Positions 49,132 to 60,587 are shown, numbered from the stretch's first letter. The stretch: DNA of 64,000 nt from an uncultured Gemmatimonadales bacterium (GCA_963850905.1 CAWKMU010000004.1:512001-576000); one strand, 5' to 3'. Made by a program: numbers and translations. Notes: generated by a model not told the origin, from the letters alone.

Positions 49132-49493
49132 GTGGCGTGCCTCCCCGGGTAACGACCGCCGCAGCGCCACGAGCGTGCGACATTTCGACTGGCGCTGGTA
49201 CAGAGGACCTGTTGCGCCCAACTGGCGGCGACTACATAGGTCAGCCTCAGCAATATACCGCCGCGCGCCGGATTTAGCGAGCATCGCCGGATTTCGCGAG
49301 CTCCGGCGGAGGACGAGACGCGGCGGCCGGCCGTCGTGAAACTGCACGCGACGCTCGTATTCGTCGACGCTGGGAGGCTGTCCGGCGCGTTGGCGACGGC
49401 GGTGAAGTGCACGTTGTCGTTGACGCTACCGAATACCCACGTCACTGACGTGCGCACAGCAACCGTGTCGGGCGTGGACAATCGCAACGACCG

Positions 49494-49760
49494 TCAGTCT
49501 CGCTTGCCTGCGAGGAGGCGGCCGAGAACCAGCCCGATGGCACCGGCGATCAACAAAGAGCGGAACGGATGCGTCCGCGTCTGGCGCCTAATGGCACCGC
49601 GGGCCGCGTCGAGGTCGACGTCCCCCGCCATCTCTTCCACTCGATCACGCACGTTGACCGCAGCGTCCGACACGCTCTTGCCCGCGCTTGCCGCTTTCCG
49701 TTCTACTCGGCCCATAAACTCCTTGGCCTCATCCCTCACGTCTTCGAGTTTCCCCGCCAT
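49494..49760 (-). CDS. ElaB/YqjD/DUF883-like tail-anchored membrane protein
   Basis: GGGAGG RBS; helical N-part followed by HPFRSLLIAGAIGLVLGRLL. Confidence 0.75.
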   Translation of the reverse strand: MAGKLEDVRDEAKEFMGRVERKAASAGKSVSDAAVNVRDRVEEMAGDVDLDAARGAIRRQTRTHPFRSLLIAGAIGLVLGRLLAGKRD

Positions 49761-49854
49761 CGTGACCTCCCTTCTGCTCACTGTGAAAACCGCGCCCGCA
49801 CTCGGGCGAACTCGGTAGGCTTTGACGACACGCTCGGTCTCACCTACCTGCCTA

Positions 49855-50064
49855 CTACACGGCTTCGCGGCGTCCGGCCGCGACCAACACGACGCCTACC
49901 ACCAACGCGAAGGCCCCTGCCGCAGGTGTGATAAACCCCTTCTTCGCGCTGGACACCTGAACCGGACCGATGTCCGTGCTGTGCCGACTCTTCGTGTAGC
50001 TGAGTCCGCCGTAGGCGATCACCACACCGCCCAACACGATGAGCAGAATGCCGACTAATCGCAT
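49855..50064 (-). CDS. DUF3185-like small membrane protein
   Basis: GILLIVLG....YGG.SYT......IGP........P..G...LVVG. Confidence 0.7.
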   Translation of the reverse strand: MRLVGILLIVLGGVVIAYGGLSYTKSRHSTDIGPVQVSSAKKGFITPAAGAFALVVGVVLVAAGRREAV

Positions 50065-50187
50065 TCATCCCTTCCTTTGCATGGGTTGGGGCAGGCGCCG
50101 CGGGCATCCGCGTAGCAACCCGAGCGCGCCTTCACCGGACGTGTATCTCGACAAGGCCTCCAGCGACTCCGCTACGCCCGAGTGCGG

Positions 50188-50264
50188 ACTGTGGGCAATA
50201 ATATAGTACACAGTGTGTTTATTAGCAATTAGCTCTTGACACATTTAATTGTGAACAATATTAT
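50188..50264. promoter_or_regulatory. Divergent sigma70-type promoters within a 15-bp-phased box array
   Basis: Plus strand: TTGACA(50236-41)-17-TATTAT(50259-64). Minus strand: TTGCTA(50228-23)-17-TATATT(50205-00). ATTGtgaaCAAT at 50248. Confidence 0.75.
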
Positions 50265-50309
50265 AGGACAGTGAATGATGAGACGTACTATTTCCATGGA
50301 AAGGGGCTT

Positions 50310-51482
50310 ATGCAAAGGAAGCAACGCGTGACCGCGGCGAGTGGCTCTCTCGTGTTCGCATGGGCGGCACTAGCCGCCTGTAGCTCGTACGGCGGTCCGC
50401 CGCCAAGCGGGGATGTCGCGCCCAGCTACAGCACGGCCAGCGCATCGATTACCGTCGGGCCGCCTGACCTACCCGTCTACGAGCAGCCGGTGTGTCCCGG
50501 CGACGGGTATGTCTGGACGCCCGGCTATTGGGCCTGGGGCAGTGCGGACTACTACTGGGTGCCCGGCACATGGGTGGAGGCGCCACAAGCTGGCTACCTC
50601 TGGACTCCTGGATATTGGGGCTGGGGCGGCAGCGCGTTCGTTTTCCATGAGGGCTACTGGGGCGAGCAGGTCGGGTTCTACGGTGGGATCAACTACGGCT
50701 ACGGCTACTCCGGCCAGGGATATGACGGCGGCCGTTGGGACAACGGACACTTCGCCTATAACCGCTCGGTCAGCAATGTCGACGTGAACGTCGTTCACAA
50801 CGTGTACAACACGACGGTTGTGAATAACACCACGACGATTGTGAATAACACGACGACTCGCGTGAGCTACAACGGCGGAAACGGCGGCGTCACCGCACGC
50901 GCGACAGCCGAGGAGCAGACTGCTGCACAGGGGAGACACATCCCCCCAGTCGCTGCGCAAACCGCGCACGTCCAGGCTGCCCGCTCCAACCCGCAGTTGC
51001 AGGCTTCCGCGAACCACGGTAAACCGCCGATCGCCGCGACGTCCAAACCGGGAGCGCTGAATGAGCCCGGGGTGGTGGCGGCTACAGAGGCGGGGGCGAT
51101 GCATAATTCGCCTGCTGTGGCAGTGAACAATGACCCGCGGCCCAGCACGGCGGTGCACCCGAACGACCTGCCGCCTGTCGAGCACCCGGTCGCCGCTAGT
51201 ACAGGGAACCCGAAGCTGGACCAGCAATACCAGCAACAGCAAGCCAAGCTAGTCGCGCAACAGAACCAGGACCGTGTCAAGCTCCAGCAGAAACAGGATC
51301 AGGACCACCAGCGGTTGGCGCAACAGAAGGCTGATGCTGCGACGACACAGAAGCTGGAGCAGCAGCACGCGCAACAGACGCAGCAGTTGGCGCAAAAACA
51401 TGCCCAGCAGTTGGCGACGTTGAAAGCGCACCAGCAACCACCGCACCAAGATCAGGCGGTTGCGACGAAGGACAAACCATAA
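50310..51482 (+). CDS. YXWGXW-repeat lipoprotein with Asn/Thr/Val-rich middle and Gln-rich coiled-coil tail
   Basis: Lipobox LAAC; YVWTPGYWAW, YYWVPGTW and YLWTPGYWGW; (VNNTTT)2; Q-rich C-terminus. Confidence 0.85.
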   Translation: MQRKQRVTAASGSLVFAWAALAACSSYGGPPPSGDVAPSYSTASASITVGPPDLPVYEQPVCPGDGYVWTPGYWAWGSADYYWVPGTWVEAPQAGYLWTPGYWGWGGSAFVFHEGYWGEQVGFYGGINYGYGYSGQGYDGGRWDNGHFAYNRSVSNVDVNVVHNVYNTTVVNNTTTIVNNTTTRVSYNGGNGGVTARATAEEQTAAQGRHIPPVAAQTAHVQAARSNPQLQASANHGKPPIAATSKPGALNEPGVVAATEAGAMHNSPAVAVNNDPRPSTAVHPNDLPPVEHPVAASTGNPKLDQQYQQQQAKLVAQQNQDRVKLQQKQDQDHQRLAQQKADAATTQKLEQQHAQQTQQLAQKHAQQLATLKAHQQPPHQDQAVATKDKP

Positions 51483-51534
51483 TCGCTCGTTCAACTACCT
51501 GGGTTCAACTCCATCGAGCGCGAACCCAGCAAGC

Positions 51535-51574
51535 CTGCCGGCCGGCCTTCGCACCGCGAATCGCCGGCCGGCAG
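51535..51574. terminator. GC-rich hairpin downstream of the YXWGXW gene
   Basis: CTGCCGGCCGGC..TTCGC-acc-GCGAA..GCCGGCCGGCAG; a second stem CTGGGTTC/GAACCCAG at 51499-529. Confidence 0.5.
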
Positions 51575-51677
51575 CTATATCTCAAGTTGCTAGATCTAGG
51601 GAATGACGGGCGTGACCACTCTGCGCAGGCGCTCAGCGGTGCGAGCGCCGCCTCCGGGCCGGAAGGGGCCACCTCAC

Positions 51678-52028
51678 ATGGCAGCGATAGGCAACGCGAT
51701 ACGTACAGCCCTCCCACACGAGGGCGGACCGCTCCGCAAAGCGATGCGCGATGCCGCGCCAATGTGGGGCTTCAACCCCGGACAATCCATTCGGGTCGTG
51801 GAGTCGGCGTCCCCGGACTATCGTGTGCGGCTCACGTTCAGCGAACGCCGGGCGGGCGAGTTTCTGGTCGAGTACCTCGCCAAGCAGTTCAAAGGATTTG
51901 ACTCACAGTTCGCCCCCGGCGACTGCGACCGATTCGTCGACGGCGGAGCGCTGTGTTGGTCGTTCCCGACTGAAGAGGAGCGCCGCCGTTTCGTCTCAGC
52001 GCTGCACACAGTCGTTGGGATCCAGTGA
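51678..52028 (+). CDS. Hypothetical protein
   Basis: Globular-looking ORF (YRVRLTF..FLVEYL..LCWSFPTEEERRRF); start uncertain. Confidence 0.5.
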   Translation: MAAIGNAIRTALPHEGGPLRKAMRDAAPMWGFNPGQSIRVVESASPDYRVRLTFSERRAGEFLVEYLAKQFKGFDSQFAPGDCDRFVDGGALCWSFPTEEERRRFVSALHTVVGIQ

Positions 52029-52290
52029 CGGCACGACGCACGCGCTCGCTGTAGTTCGCACGGCTTCGGAAGACTCGTCCGTGCCGTCAGCGGCGGCCTC
52101 GTGAAAGTGCTCGAGCGGCCACCGCGCGACGCGCGTCCGCAACCCGGAGTGCGGCACGGCGAGCGAGATCGCGGAGTTTAGCTCCATCGGGAAGGCCTTA
52201 ACATCGCCACGTCACTGATCTGATCGCGTCAACACCATCTCCCACTATATTATACGCAATATGATTGCGTCCAAAATGTTTAACGGCGTG

Positions 52291-53715
52291 ATGACCGAGC
52301 CAGTTCCAGTTGACGCCGCAGGTGAGACGGCACCACTCGGCGTTCTCGTCGCGCCCCGCCCACCGCTCGTGGTCGACCCGAGGCAGCCAGCCCCGAGTCA
52401 GCCGACTTGGGACCAGCCGGCGCCGGACGAGGCGCCCACTCCCGCCGAGCCGCTGGCCCCTGCCCCGCCGAGAGTGGTTAGCAGAAGGGTAGCGCTGTAT
52501 CGACGACTGCTCGGCTCCCCTCGACGGCTCATTGCGGCCGCGATGATGCTGGTCGTGCTCATTGCCGGACTGCTCTGGTGGAATGCAGCCCGCGCGCCGG
52601 CTGTGCACTACGTGACGGCTCCCGTGACACGGGGCTCCGTCGCCAAAGCGGTCACGGCCAGCGGGACAGTCAACCCCGTCCTCAACATCCTGGTCGGCAC
52701 CTACGTCTCGGGCGTGATCAGCGCGCTCTACTGCGACTTCAATACGACAGTGACGAAAGGGCAGGTCTGCGCCAAGATCGATTCGCGGCCCTACCAGGTA
52801 GTCGTCGATCAGGAGCAGGCCAACGTCACCACGGCCATCGCGCAGCTCGCCAAGGATCAGGCCGCCCTCACGTATGCCAAGCTGTCGTACGATCGATCGG
52901 TGCCGCTCCTCAAGCAGGACTACATCACGGCGGACAGCGTGGACCGAGCAACGAATACCCTCGACCAGGCGGCTGCCCAGCTCAGGGTCGACTCCGCCGG
53001 GATCGTGCAACATCGCGCGGCGCTCGACGCTGCCCAGGTCAATCTGGGCTACACCGACATCGTCTCGCCTGTCAACGGCACGGTCATATCACGAAACGTG
53101 ACCGTGGGGCAGACGGTAGCGGCCAGCTTCACGACGCCGACGCTGTTCGTGATCGGCGAGGACCTCACCAAGATGGAAGTCGACGCCAATGTCAGCGAAA
53201 GCGACATCGGTGCGATCAAGGTCGGCGATACGGCGACTTTCACCGTCGAGGCGTACCCGCAACCGTTCGCCGGCGCGGTGGCCCAGGTGCGCCAGGCGCC
53301 CCAGTCGGTCCAGAACGTGATTACCTACGATGTCGTGATCAATGTCGCCAACCCCGCGTTTCTGCTCAAACCTGGCATGACCGCGACCTGCCGCATCATC
53401 ACGGCTCGACGCGATAGCGTGGTGCGCGTACCGGATCTGGCGCTGCGATACGCGCCGAGTACAGTGGCCGCACAACCCACTGCTGCTGTGCCAGCTGCTG
53501 GCGCGGCCGCTGCGGGAGTGACGGGCGGCGCCACCACTCGCGGGCAGGTCTGGCTCCTTCGCCAGGGCAAGCCCGCGAAGGTATCCGTGATCGTGGGACT
53601 CGACGACGACACGTATTCCGAGGTCCTCCAGGGCACCCTGCAGGTCGGGGACACCGTCATCACGTCCGAACGACGCGCCGCCGCCGCGCCAGCCGCGTCG
53701 CAACCCCGCCTCTGA
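52291..53715 (+). CDS. MacA-like efflux membrane-fusion protein
   Basis: VTASGTVNP, VSGVI..L..DFN..V.KGQ, I.SPVNGTV.SR.V..GQTVAAS and LLKPGMTA. Confidence 0.9.
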   Translation: MTEPVPVDAAGETAPLGVLVAPRPPLVVDPRQPAPSQPTWDQPAPDEAPTPAEPLAPAPPRVVSRRVALYRRLLGSPRRLIAAAMMLVVLIAGLLWWNAARAPAVHYVTAPVTRGSVAKAVTASGTVNPVLNILVGTYVSGVISALYCDFNTTVTKGQVCAKIDSRPYQVVVDQEQANVTTAIAQLAKDQAALTYAKLSYDRSVPLLKQDYITADSVDRATNTLDQAAAQLRVDSAGIVQHRAALDAAQVNLGYTDIVSPVNGTVISRNVTVGQTVAASFTTPTLFVIGEDLTKMEVDANVSESDIGAIKVGDTATFTVEAYPQPFAGAVAQVRQAPQSVQNVITYDVVINVANPAFLLKPGMTATCRIITARRDSVVRVPDLALRYAPSTVAAQPTAAVPAAGAAAAGVTGGATTRGQVWLLRQGKPAKVSVIVGLDDDTYSEVLQGTLQVGDTVITSERRAAAAPAASQPRL

Positions 53716-53733
53716 GCTGACGCGAGAGGCGGT

Positions 53734-55836
53734 ATGCCAGACATCATGATCGACGTGCAGGACATCACCCGCACCTACCATACGGGCGATGTCGATGTCA
53801 AAGCGCTCCGCGGTGTCAGCTTCAGTCTCGAGCGCGGCGAGTTCGTCGCAATCGTGGGACCGTCGGGTTCAGGCAAGTCGACACTCATGTCGATCCTCGG
53901 CTGCCTCGACCGACCCACGAGCGGCCACTACCTGCTCGAGGGAGTCGACGTTGCAACGCTGTCCGAGCCGGAGTTGGCCGCTGTCCGAAGCACGCGGCTG
54001 GGGTTCGTGTTCCAGAGCTTCAATCTCCTGGCCCGAACGAGCGCCATCGAGAACGTCGCGTTGCCGCTGTTCTACTCGACATCGGGCCCGGGAGATCGCG
54101 GGAGCCGTCTTGAACGGGCTCGAGACGCCCTGAAACTCCTTGGCTTGGGCGATCGCGAGGGCAATACCCCGGCGCAGCTCTCGGGCGGACAGCAGCAGCG
54201 GGTCGCCATCGCACGGGCATTGATCAACAGTCCGAGCCTACTACTCGCGGACGAGCCAACGGGAAATCTCGATACCCGTACGTCGCACGACATCATGGAC
54301 ACCCTGGTCGCGCTCAATCGGCAGCATGGCGTGACCATTATCGTGGTCACCCACGAGCAGGACATCGCGGCCTATGCGGGGCGGGTCATCACGGTCCGGG
54401 ATGGGCGTATCGTGTCGGATACACGGACACCCCACCCGAGCAGCGAGTCGGTCGCCTCAGCTGGCGGCGAACCCTCGGCGTTATTCCAGCCGCCGGCAGT
54501 ACTGCAGAAAGTCGAACCACGAGCGCACGTTGGCTTCGGTCTCATGATCGCGAGCGCTGCCATCCAGGCGATCGCTCGGAACAAGCTGCGGTCGGCGCTA
54601 ACCATGCTCGGCGTCTTCATTGGCGTGGCCGCACTCATCGCCATGGTCGCCGTCGGGCAGGGGGCAAACGAAGCGGTCGCCAAACAGATCGCGAGCCTCG
54701 GCTCCAATCTGCTGGTGGTGATGCCGGGCGCCACGACGACCAACGGCGTCCGCGCGGGAAGCGGCAGCGCGTCGACCCTCACCGTCACCGATGCCGAGGC
54801 CATCCGACGCGAAGATGTCGCGGTCGGACAGGTCAGCTATCTCGTCCGTCAGTCGGCACAGGTGGAGTATGGCGATCAAAACTGGACGACCACGGTCCAG
54901 GGCGTCTCCGTCAACTATCCGCCGATCACCAATTGGGAGATTGCATCCGGCCGCGCTCTATCGGACGACGATGAATCGAGTGCCGCGCTCGTCGCCCTGA
55001 TTGGCCAGACCGTGGCCCGCCAACTCTTCGCGCCATCCGAGATTCCGGTCGGGGCCACGATCCTCGTCAAAGGCATACCGGTGAAGGTGCTCGGCGTCCT
55101 GGTCAGCAAGGGCCAGAGCTCGTTCGGGCAGGACCAGGATGATCTCGTGATGATTCCCTTCTCGACTGCCGAGAACAAAGTCCTCGGCGTGGCCGCTCCA
55201 AACCAGCCGCAGACGGCGCTCACCGCGAACTATCCGCCGCCGCAAAATCCGTTCGGCATGAACGCGCGACTGACCGGCTACGTCAACTCGATCTACGTTC
55301 AGGCCGCCTCGCCGATGCTCGTGCAACCGGCGATCGCACAGCTCACCGCGACCTTGGTCCGCAGGCACGCCATCCGACCCGGCGAGGCGCCGGATTTCGC
55401 GGTCCGTAATCTCAGCCAGATCGCCACCGCGGCAGCGGGCAGCAGCCATGTGATGTCCGTGCTCCTGGCGGTCGTCGCGTCCATCTCGCTCCTGGTAGGC
55501 GGCATCGGCATCATGAACATCCTGCTCGTCTCAGTCACCGAGCGGACCCGGGAGATCGGCCTCAGAATGGCCATTGGTGCGCGGCGGATCCAGGTGCTCC
55601 TGCAGTTCCTCGCCGAAGCCGTATTTCTGAGCGTCACGGGCGGCGCCGCAGGGATCATTGCCGGGATCGTGACGTCCAAGCTCATCTCCGTCATCGCCGG
55701 TTGGCCCACCGATATCCTTCCCTCCTCCATTGTCGGAGGGTTTCTCTTCTCGGTTGCTGTCGGGATGTTCTTTGGGTTCTATCCGGCGCGGAAGGCATCG
55801 AAGCTGGATCCGATCGAAGCCCTGCACTTCGAGTGA
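53734..55836 (+). CDS. macB: MacB-like fused ABC ATPase-permease
   Basis: GPSGSGKS, LSGGQQQR, ADEPTGNLD, RSALTMLG and GGIGIMNI.LVSVTERTREIG. Confidence 0.88.
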   Translation: MPDIMIDVQDITRTYHTGDVDVKALRGVSFSLERGEFVAIVGPSGSGKSTLMSILGCLDRPTSGHYLLEGVDVATLSEPELAAVRSTRLGFVFQSFNLLARTSAIENVALPLFYSTSGPGDRGSRLERARDALKLLGLGDREGNTPAQLSGGQQQRVAIARALINSPSLLLADEPTGNLDTRTSHDIMDTLVALNRQHGVTIIVVTHEQDIAAYAGRVITVRDGRIVSDTRTPHPSSESVASAGGEPSALFQPPAVLQKVEPRAHVGFGLMIASAAIQAIARNKLRSALTMLGVFIGVAALIAMVAVGQGANEAVAKQIASLGSNLLVVMPGATTTNGVRAGSGSASTLTVTDAEAIRREDVAVGQVSYLVRQSAQVEYGDQNWTTTVQGVSVNYPPITNWEIASGRALSDDDESSAALVALIGQTVARQLFAPSEIPVGATILVKGIPVKVLGVLVSKGQSSFGQDQDDLVMIPFSTAENKVLGVAAPNQPQTALTANYPPPQNPFGMNARLTGYVNSIYVQAASPMLVQPAIAQLTATLVRRHAIRPGEAPDFAVRNLSQIATAAAGSSHVMSVLLAVVASISLLVGGIGIMNILLVSVTERTREIGLRMAIGARRIQVLLQFLAEAVFLSVTGGAAGIIAGIVTSKLISVIAGWPTDILPSSIVGGFLFSVAVGMFFGFYPARKASKLDPIEALHFE

Positions 55837-58220
55837 GCATCACCCGACAACGCCTGATACGGGGCTCGACTGTCGGAGCCAAACTGGCACCACCAGTCAC
55901 CAGGGACGATAGCCTGCCGCACGGTCTCACCAGCGACGAAGCGCGAAGGCAGCGTGCGACGTATGGGCCAAATACAGTGCCCGACACCGCGACGCGACCT
56001 TGGCGAATGGCCTTGACCAAGTTTTGGGCACCGGTCCCGTGGATGCTCGAAGCCGCCATCATCCTCCAGGCAGTGCTCCACGAGTATGCCGAAGCGGCGG
56101 TCATCGCCGCACTTCTGGTATTCAATGCTGGTCTCGCGTTCCTTCAGGAGGGACACGCACGGGCGACGCTTGCCGCACTAAAATCGCGGCTCGCATTGAC
56201 GAGCTCGGTGCGACGGGACGGCGATTGGAAGACCATACCGGCTACTGAACTCGTGCCAGGTGACACGGTGAAGCTATCGCTCGGCGGCGTGGTTCCCGCC
56301 GACGTACGCTTGACCGAGGGCTCAATCCTCCTCGATCAGTCCGTGCTCACTGGCGAATCGGTTCCGATCGAAGCAGGGCCGGGACTGCAGACCTATGCAG
56401 GGGCGTTGGTCCGACGAGGAGAAGCGACCGCGATCGTCACCGCGACTGGGGCACGCACGAAGTTTGGACGTACCGCGGAGCTCGTCCGAACCGCCCATGT
56501 CGAGAGTACGCAGCAGAAGACCGTCGTCCGAGTCGTGCGAAATCTGGCCATCGTGAACGGCGTCATCATCGTCCTCCTCGTGGCGTACGCCGAGAGGCGT
56601 CACATGCCGATCGGCGAGATCATTCCACTCGTGCTCACGGCAGTGCTAGCGTCGATCCCCGTCGCGCTGCCCGCGACATTTACTCTGGCAGCGGCGGTGG
56701 GCGCAAACGCCCTGGCGCGGCTCGGTGTGCTCCCAACCCGATTGTCCGCGGTGGAAGAGGCGGCGACGCTGGACGTGCTTTGCTCAGACAAGACCGGAAC
56801 GCTGACTCGCAACGAACTGGCGGTCACCGCTCTCCGTCCTGAGGCTGGCTTCGATGACGCCCGCCTGCTGGCGATGGCGGCGCTGGCCAGCTCTGATGGC
56901 GGACAGGATCCCGTCGACATGGCCATCCGCTCCGCTTCCGGGAAAGGCGACGTCGCCAATCTGCCAAGAGTGACCACGTTCACTCCGTTCGATCCGGTGA
57001 CGAAGATGTGCGAGGCGACAGCGCTGGACGCGAACGGCGGAACGGTGCGGGTTGTGAAAGGTGCCTTTGCAGTGGTTAGCGTGTTGGCCGCCTCGGCGCC
57101 GGCAACAGCCGCGACGGCGCAGGAGCTCGAAGCCAAAGGCTTCCGCGTGCTGGCGGTCGCTGTGGGCACACCGCCCACAGTGCGGCTGGCAGGAATCATT
57201 GCGCTGAGCGACCTCCCTCGCACTGATGCGGCCGAGCTTGTCAATGAGCTGCGCGCGCTGGGCGTGCGCACTGTGATGGTGACCGGCGATGCACGCGCGA
57301 CGGCCGCGATCGTCGCGCAAGCAGTGGGACTCGACGGAGCGATCTGTCCGGCGGGGCCATTCCCTGACAGTGTACGTCCAGAAGACTACGCGGTCTTTGC
57401 CGGAGTCCTTCCGGAGGACAAGTACCGCCTCGTTCAGGCGTTTCAGAAGGGTGGCCACACCGTCGGCATGTGCGGCGACGGGGCGAACGACGCGCCAGCA
57501 CTACGCCAGGCGCAGATGGGCATCGCGGTTTCGACTGCGACGGACGTCGCCAAGTCGGCCGCCGGAATCGTGCTGACGAAGCCTGGACTTGGTGGTGTGG
57601 TGGCCGCAGTGACAGAAGGCCGCGTGACTTTCCAGCGCATCCTGACCTATACGTTGAACACCGTTACGAAGAAGATTGTGCAGATCCTCTTTCTAGCGGT
57701 GGGTCTGATCATTACCGGCCAGGCAATCCTCACCCCCATGTTGATGGTCATTATCATGCTGACCGGCGACTTCCTCGGCATGGCCTTGACCACGGACAAC
57801 GTGAGACCCTCTCCGAAGCCAAATGCATGGCGAGTTGGCAACCTGACAATCGCTGGTGCCTTCATGGGTCTCTGCGAGCTGGCGTTCTGCACCGCCGCAC
57901 TGGTGATTGGCAAGTTCCGCCTGGGTCTTGGCATAGAGGCGCTGAGAAGTCTCGCTTTCGTGGCCATTGTGTTCGGCAATCAAGCAACGACCTACACGAA
58001 TCGCACTCGCTCCCACCTGTGGTCGACCCGCCCAAGCTCGTGGCTGGTACTGTCGTCGGTAGCCGATCTGCTGATTGCCTCAATATTGGCGAATCGGGGC
58101 ATCGCGATGGCGCCACTGCCGGTTTTCGTACTGGGAGGAACACTACTGGGAGCGATCGCTCTCGCGTTTATCGCCGACGTTGGCAAGGTCCCGGTATTCA
58201 ATCGCCTCGGGATCGCCTAG
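55833..58220 (+). CDS. P-type ATPase, plasma-membrane proton-pump (P3A)-like
   Basis: [53 protein letters not shown] and TM6 Asp (LTGDF). Confidence 0.85.
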   Translation: MSITRQRLIRGSTVGAKLAPPVTRDDSLPHGLTSDEARRQRATYGPNTVPDTATRPWRMALTKFWAPVPWMLEAAIILQAVLHEYAEAAVIAALLVFNAGLAFLQEGHARATLAALKSRLALTSSVRRDGDWKTIPATELVPGDTVKLSLGGVVPADVRLTEGSILLDQSVLTGESVPIEAGPGLQTYAGALVRRGEATAIVTATGARTKFGRTAELVRTAHVESTQQKTVVRVVRNLAIVNGVIIVLLVAYAERRHMPIGEIIPLVLTAVLASIPVALPATFTLAAAVGANALARLGVLPTRLSAVEEAATLDVLCSDKTGTLTRNELAVTALRPEAGFDDARLLAMAALASSDGGQDPVDMAIRSASGKGDVANLPRVTTFTPFDPVTKMCEATALDANGGTVRVVKGAFAVVSVLAASAPATAATAQELEAKGFRVLAVAVGTPPTVRLAGIIALSDLPRTDAAELVNELRALGVRTVMVTGDARATAAIVAQAVGLDGAICPAGPFPDSVRPEDYAVFAGVLPEDKYRLVQAFQKGGHTVGMCGDGANDAPALRQAQMGIAVSTATDVAKSAAGIVLTKPGLGGVVAAVTEGRVTFQRILTYTLNTVTKKIVQILFLAVGLIITGQAILTPMLMVIIMLTGDFLGMALTTDNVRPSPKPNAWRVGNLTIAGAFMGLCELAFCTAALVIGKFRLGLGIEALRSLAFVAIVFGNQATTYTNRTRSHLWSTRPSSWLVLSSVADLLIASILANRGIAMAPLPVFVLGGTLLGAIALAFIADVGKVPVFNRLGIA

Positions 58221-60584
58221 AGGATGCTCCACTTCCAGTTCCGGATTTCTGGCAAGTCTTGCCCGTGCCGGTCGATGTATAGCTTGTGTTCGATGAGCTT
58301 GTCCTCCATAGCCTGCTTCAAGTAGTTCCCCTTGGTTCCCAACTGTGGCAACCGATCGACGACGTCCACCACCAGAATGGAAGCGGTCCAGGTCGTTCTG
58401 CACCCGCATGTCGAAGGCCGTGGTGATGGTACCCTCTTCCTTGTAGCCCCGCACGTGGAGGTTGCCGTTGGTCCGGCGGTAGGTGAGCCGGTGGATGAGC
58501 CAGGGGTACCCATGAAAGGCGAAGATGATGTGCTTGTCCTTGGTGAAGACCGCATCGTAATCCGTGTCGCTCAGTCCGTGTGGGTGCTCGCTCTTGGGCT
58601 GCAACTTCATCAGATCGACGACGTTGACCACCCGGATTCTCAGCTCGGGCAAATGCTGACGCAGAATCGAGACGGCGGCCAAAATCTCCAGTGTGGGTGT
58701 GTCGCCACAGCAGGCCATCACCACATCGGGCTCGGCTCCTTGGTCGTTACTCGCCCATTGCCAGATGCCGATACCTTCCGTGCAATGCACGACGGCGGCC
58801 TCCATCGTCAGCCATTGCGGGAGGGCATGTTTGCCTGCCACGACTACGTTGACGTAATGCCGGCTGCGGAGGCAGTGATCCCAGACCGATAGCAGACAAT
58901 TGGCATCGGGCGGGAGGTATACGCGCGCGATATCGGCCTTCTTGTTGACCACGTGGTCGATGAACCCGGGATCCTGGTGCGTGAAGCCGTTGTGATCCTG
59001 TTGCCAGACGTGGGAAGCCAGGAGGTAGTTGAGCGAGGCGATCTTCCGTCGCCAGGGCAGTTCCAACGTGACCTTCAGCCACTTGGCGTGCTGGCTGAAC
59101 ATCGAGTCGACAATGCGTATGAACGCCTCATAGCTGTTGAACAGCCCGTGCCGGCCAGTCAACAGATACCCTTCCAGCCAACCCTGGCACTGGTGCTCAC
59201 TCAGCATTGAGTCCAGCACACGTCCGGCGGGCGCGAGGAATTCATCATTCGCGACCGTTCGGGCGTCCCACTGCCGGTCGGTGACCTCAAAGACGGCACC
59301 CAGGAGATTCGACAGCGTCTCATCGGGTCCGAAGATCCGGAAATTACGCTGCTCCTGATTCAGCTTGGCCACGTCACGAAGGAACCTGCCTAGCACGAGC
59401 GTGTCTTGGGCGTCACCGGCTCCCGGCAATGGGACGTGGACCGCATGGACCCGGAAGTCGGGCATACGCAGATCACGTAGCAGCATGCCGCCGTTGGCGT
59501 GTGGATTGGCGCCCATCCGCCGCGTACCCGTGGGCGCCAGATCGGCCAGCTCCCCTCTCAGACGACCATCGTCATCGAACAACTCTTCGGCCTTGTAGCT
59601 TTTCATCCAGTGTTCAAGCTGCTTCACATGGTCTGGGTGATCGGCATCCACGAGGAGCGGCACCTGGTGCGCTCGGAAGGTGCCCTCGACTTGCAGGCCG
59701 TCGACCACCTTCGGTCCCGTCCAGCCCTTGGGCAATGTGAGCACGATCATTGGCCACCGCGGGCGAGTGCTGTCGTTCTGTTTGCGCGCGTCCCTTTGGA
59801 ATTGTCGAATGCCTTCGATGGCCCTTTCCATGGCAGCGGCCATGAGTTGATGCATTGGTCCGGGCTCGTCACCTTCTACGAAGTAGGGCGTCCATCCGCA
59901 GCCCCGTAGAAATTGCTCCAATTCCTCGTGCTCGATGCGGGCCAGGACGGTCGGGTTGCTGATCTTGTAGCCATTGAGGTGCAGGATCGGCAGCACCGCT
60001 CCGTCTGTAAGTGGGTTGAGAAACTTGGTGGACTGCCATGCGGTTGCTAACGGGCCGGTTTCCGCCTCACCGTCGCCAACAATGCACGCGACGATCAGAT
60101 CCGGATTGTCGAACGCGGCCCCGAAAGCGTGGCTGAGCGAGTACCCCAGCTCACCCCCCTCGTGAATCGACCCCGGTGTCGTCGGTGCAACATGGCTGGA
60201 AATCCCACCGGGAAACGAGAACTGCGTGAACAGTTTTTTCAGCCCGGCTTCGTCCTGACTGATGTTCGGATAAATCTCACTGTATGTGCCCTCGAGGTAC
60301 GTATTGGCCACCAGGGCCGGGCCGCCGTGACCTGGACCGGCGATATAGAACATGTTCAGGTCATACTTCTTGATGATCCGGTTCAAATGCACATAAATGA
60401 AGTTCTGGCCCGGCGTCGTGCCCCAATGACCCACGACCAGCGGCTTCACGTGCGACAAGGTCAGCGGTTCCTTCAGCAGCGGATTGTCGTATAGATAGAT
60501 CTGACCGACGGACAGATAATTGGCTGCGCGCCAGTACGCGTCCATTTTCTGGAGTAGTGCCGGCGTGAGCGTATTGGATTGCAC
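58217..60584 (-). CDS. xfp: Phosphoketolase (Xfp/Xpk); +1 frameshift at 58376-77 near the C-terminus
   Basis: [36 protein letters not shown] and [13 protein letters not shown]-terminus [12 protein letters not shown]...[10 protein letters not shown] is in the second frame. Confidence 0.92.
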
Positions 60585-60587
60585 GGT

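Noticed and set aside
49110..49487. Minus-strand 125-aa ORF (or the + strand ORF 49336-49818) as a real gene
   Set aside because: No clear RBS or recognisable family and it overlaps neighbouring genes; it may be a gene fragment but cannot be supported
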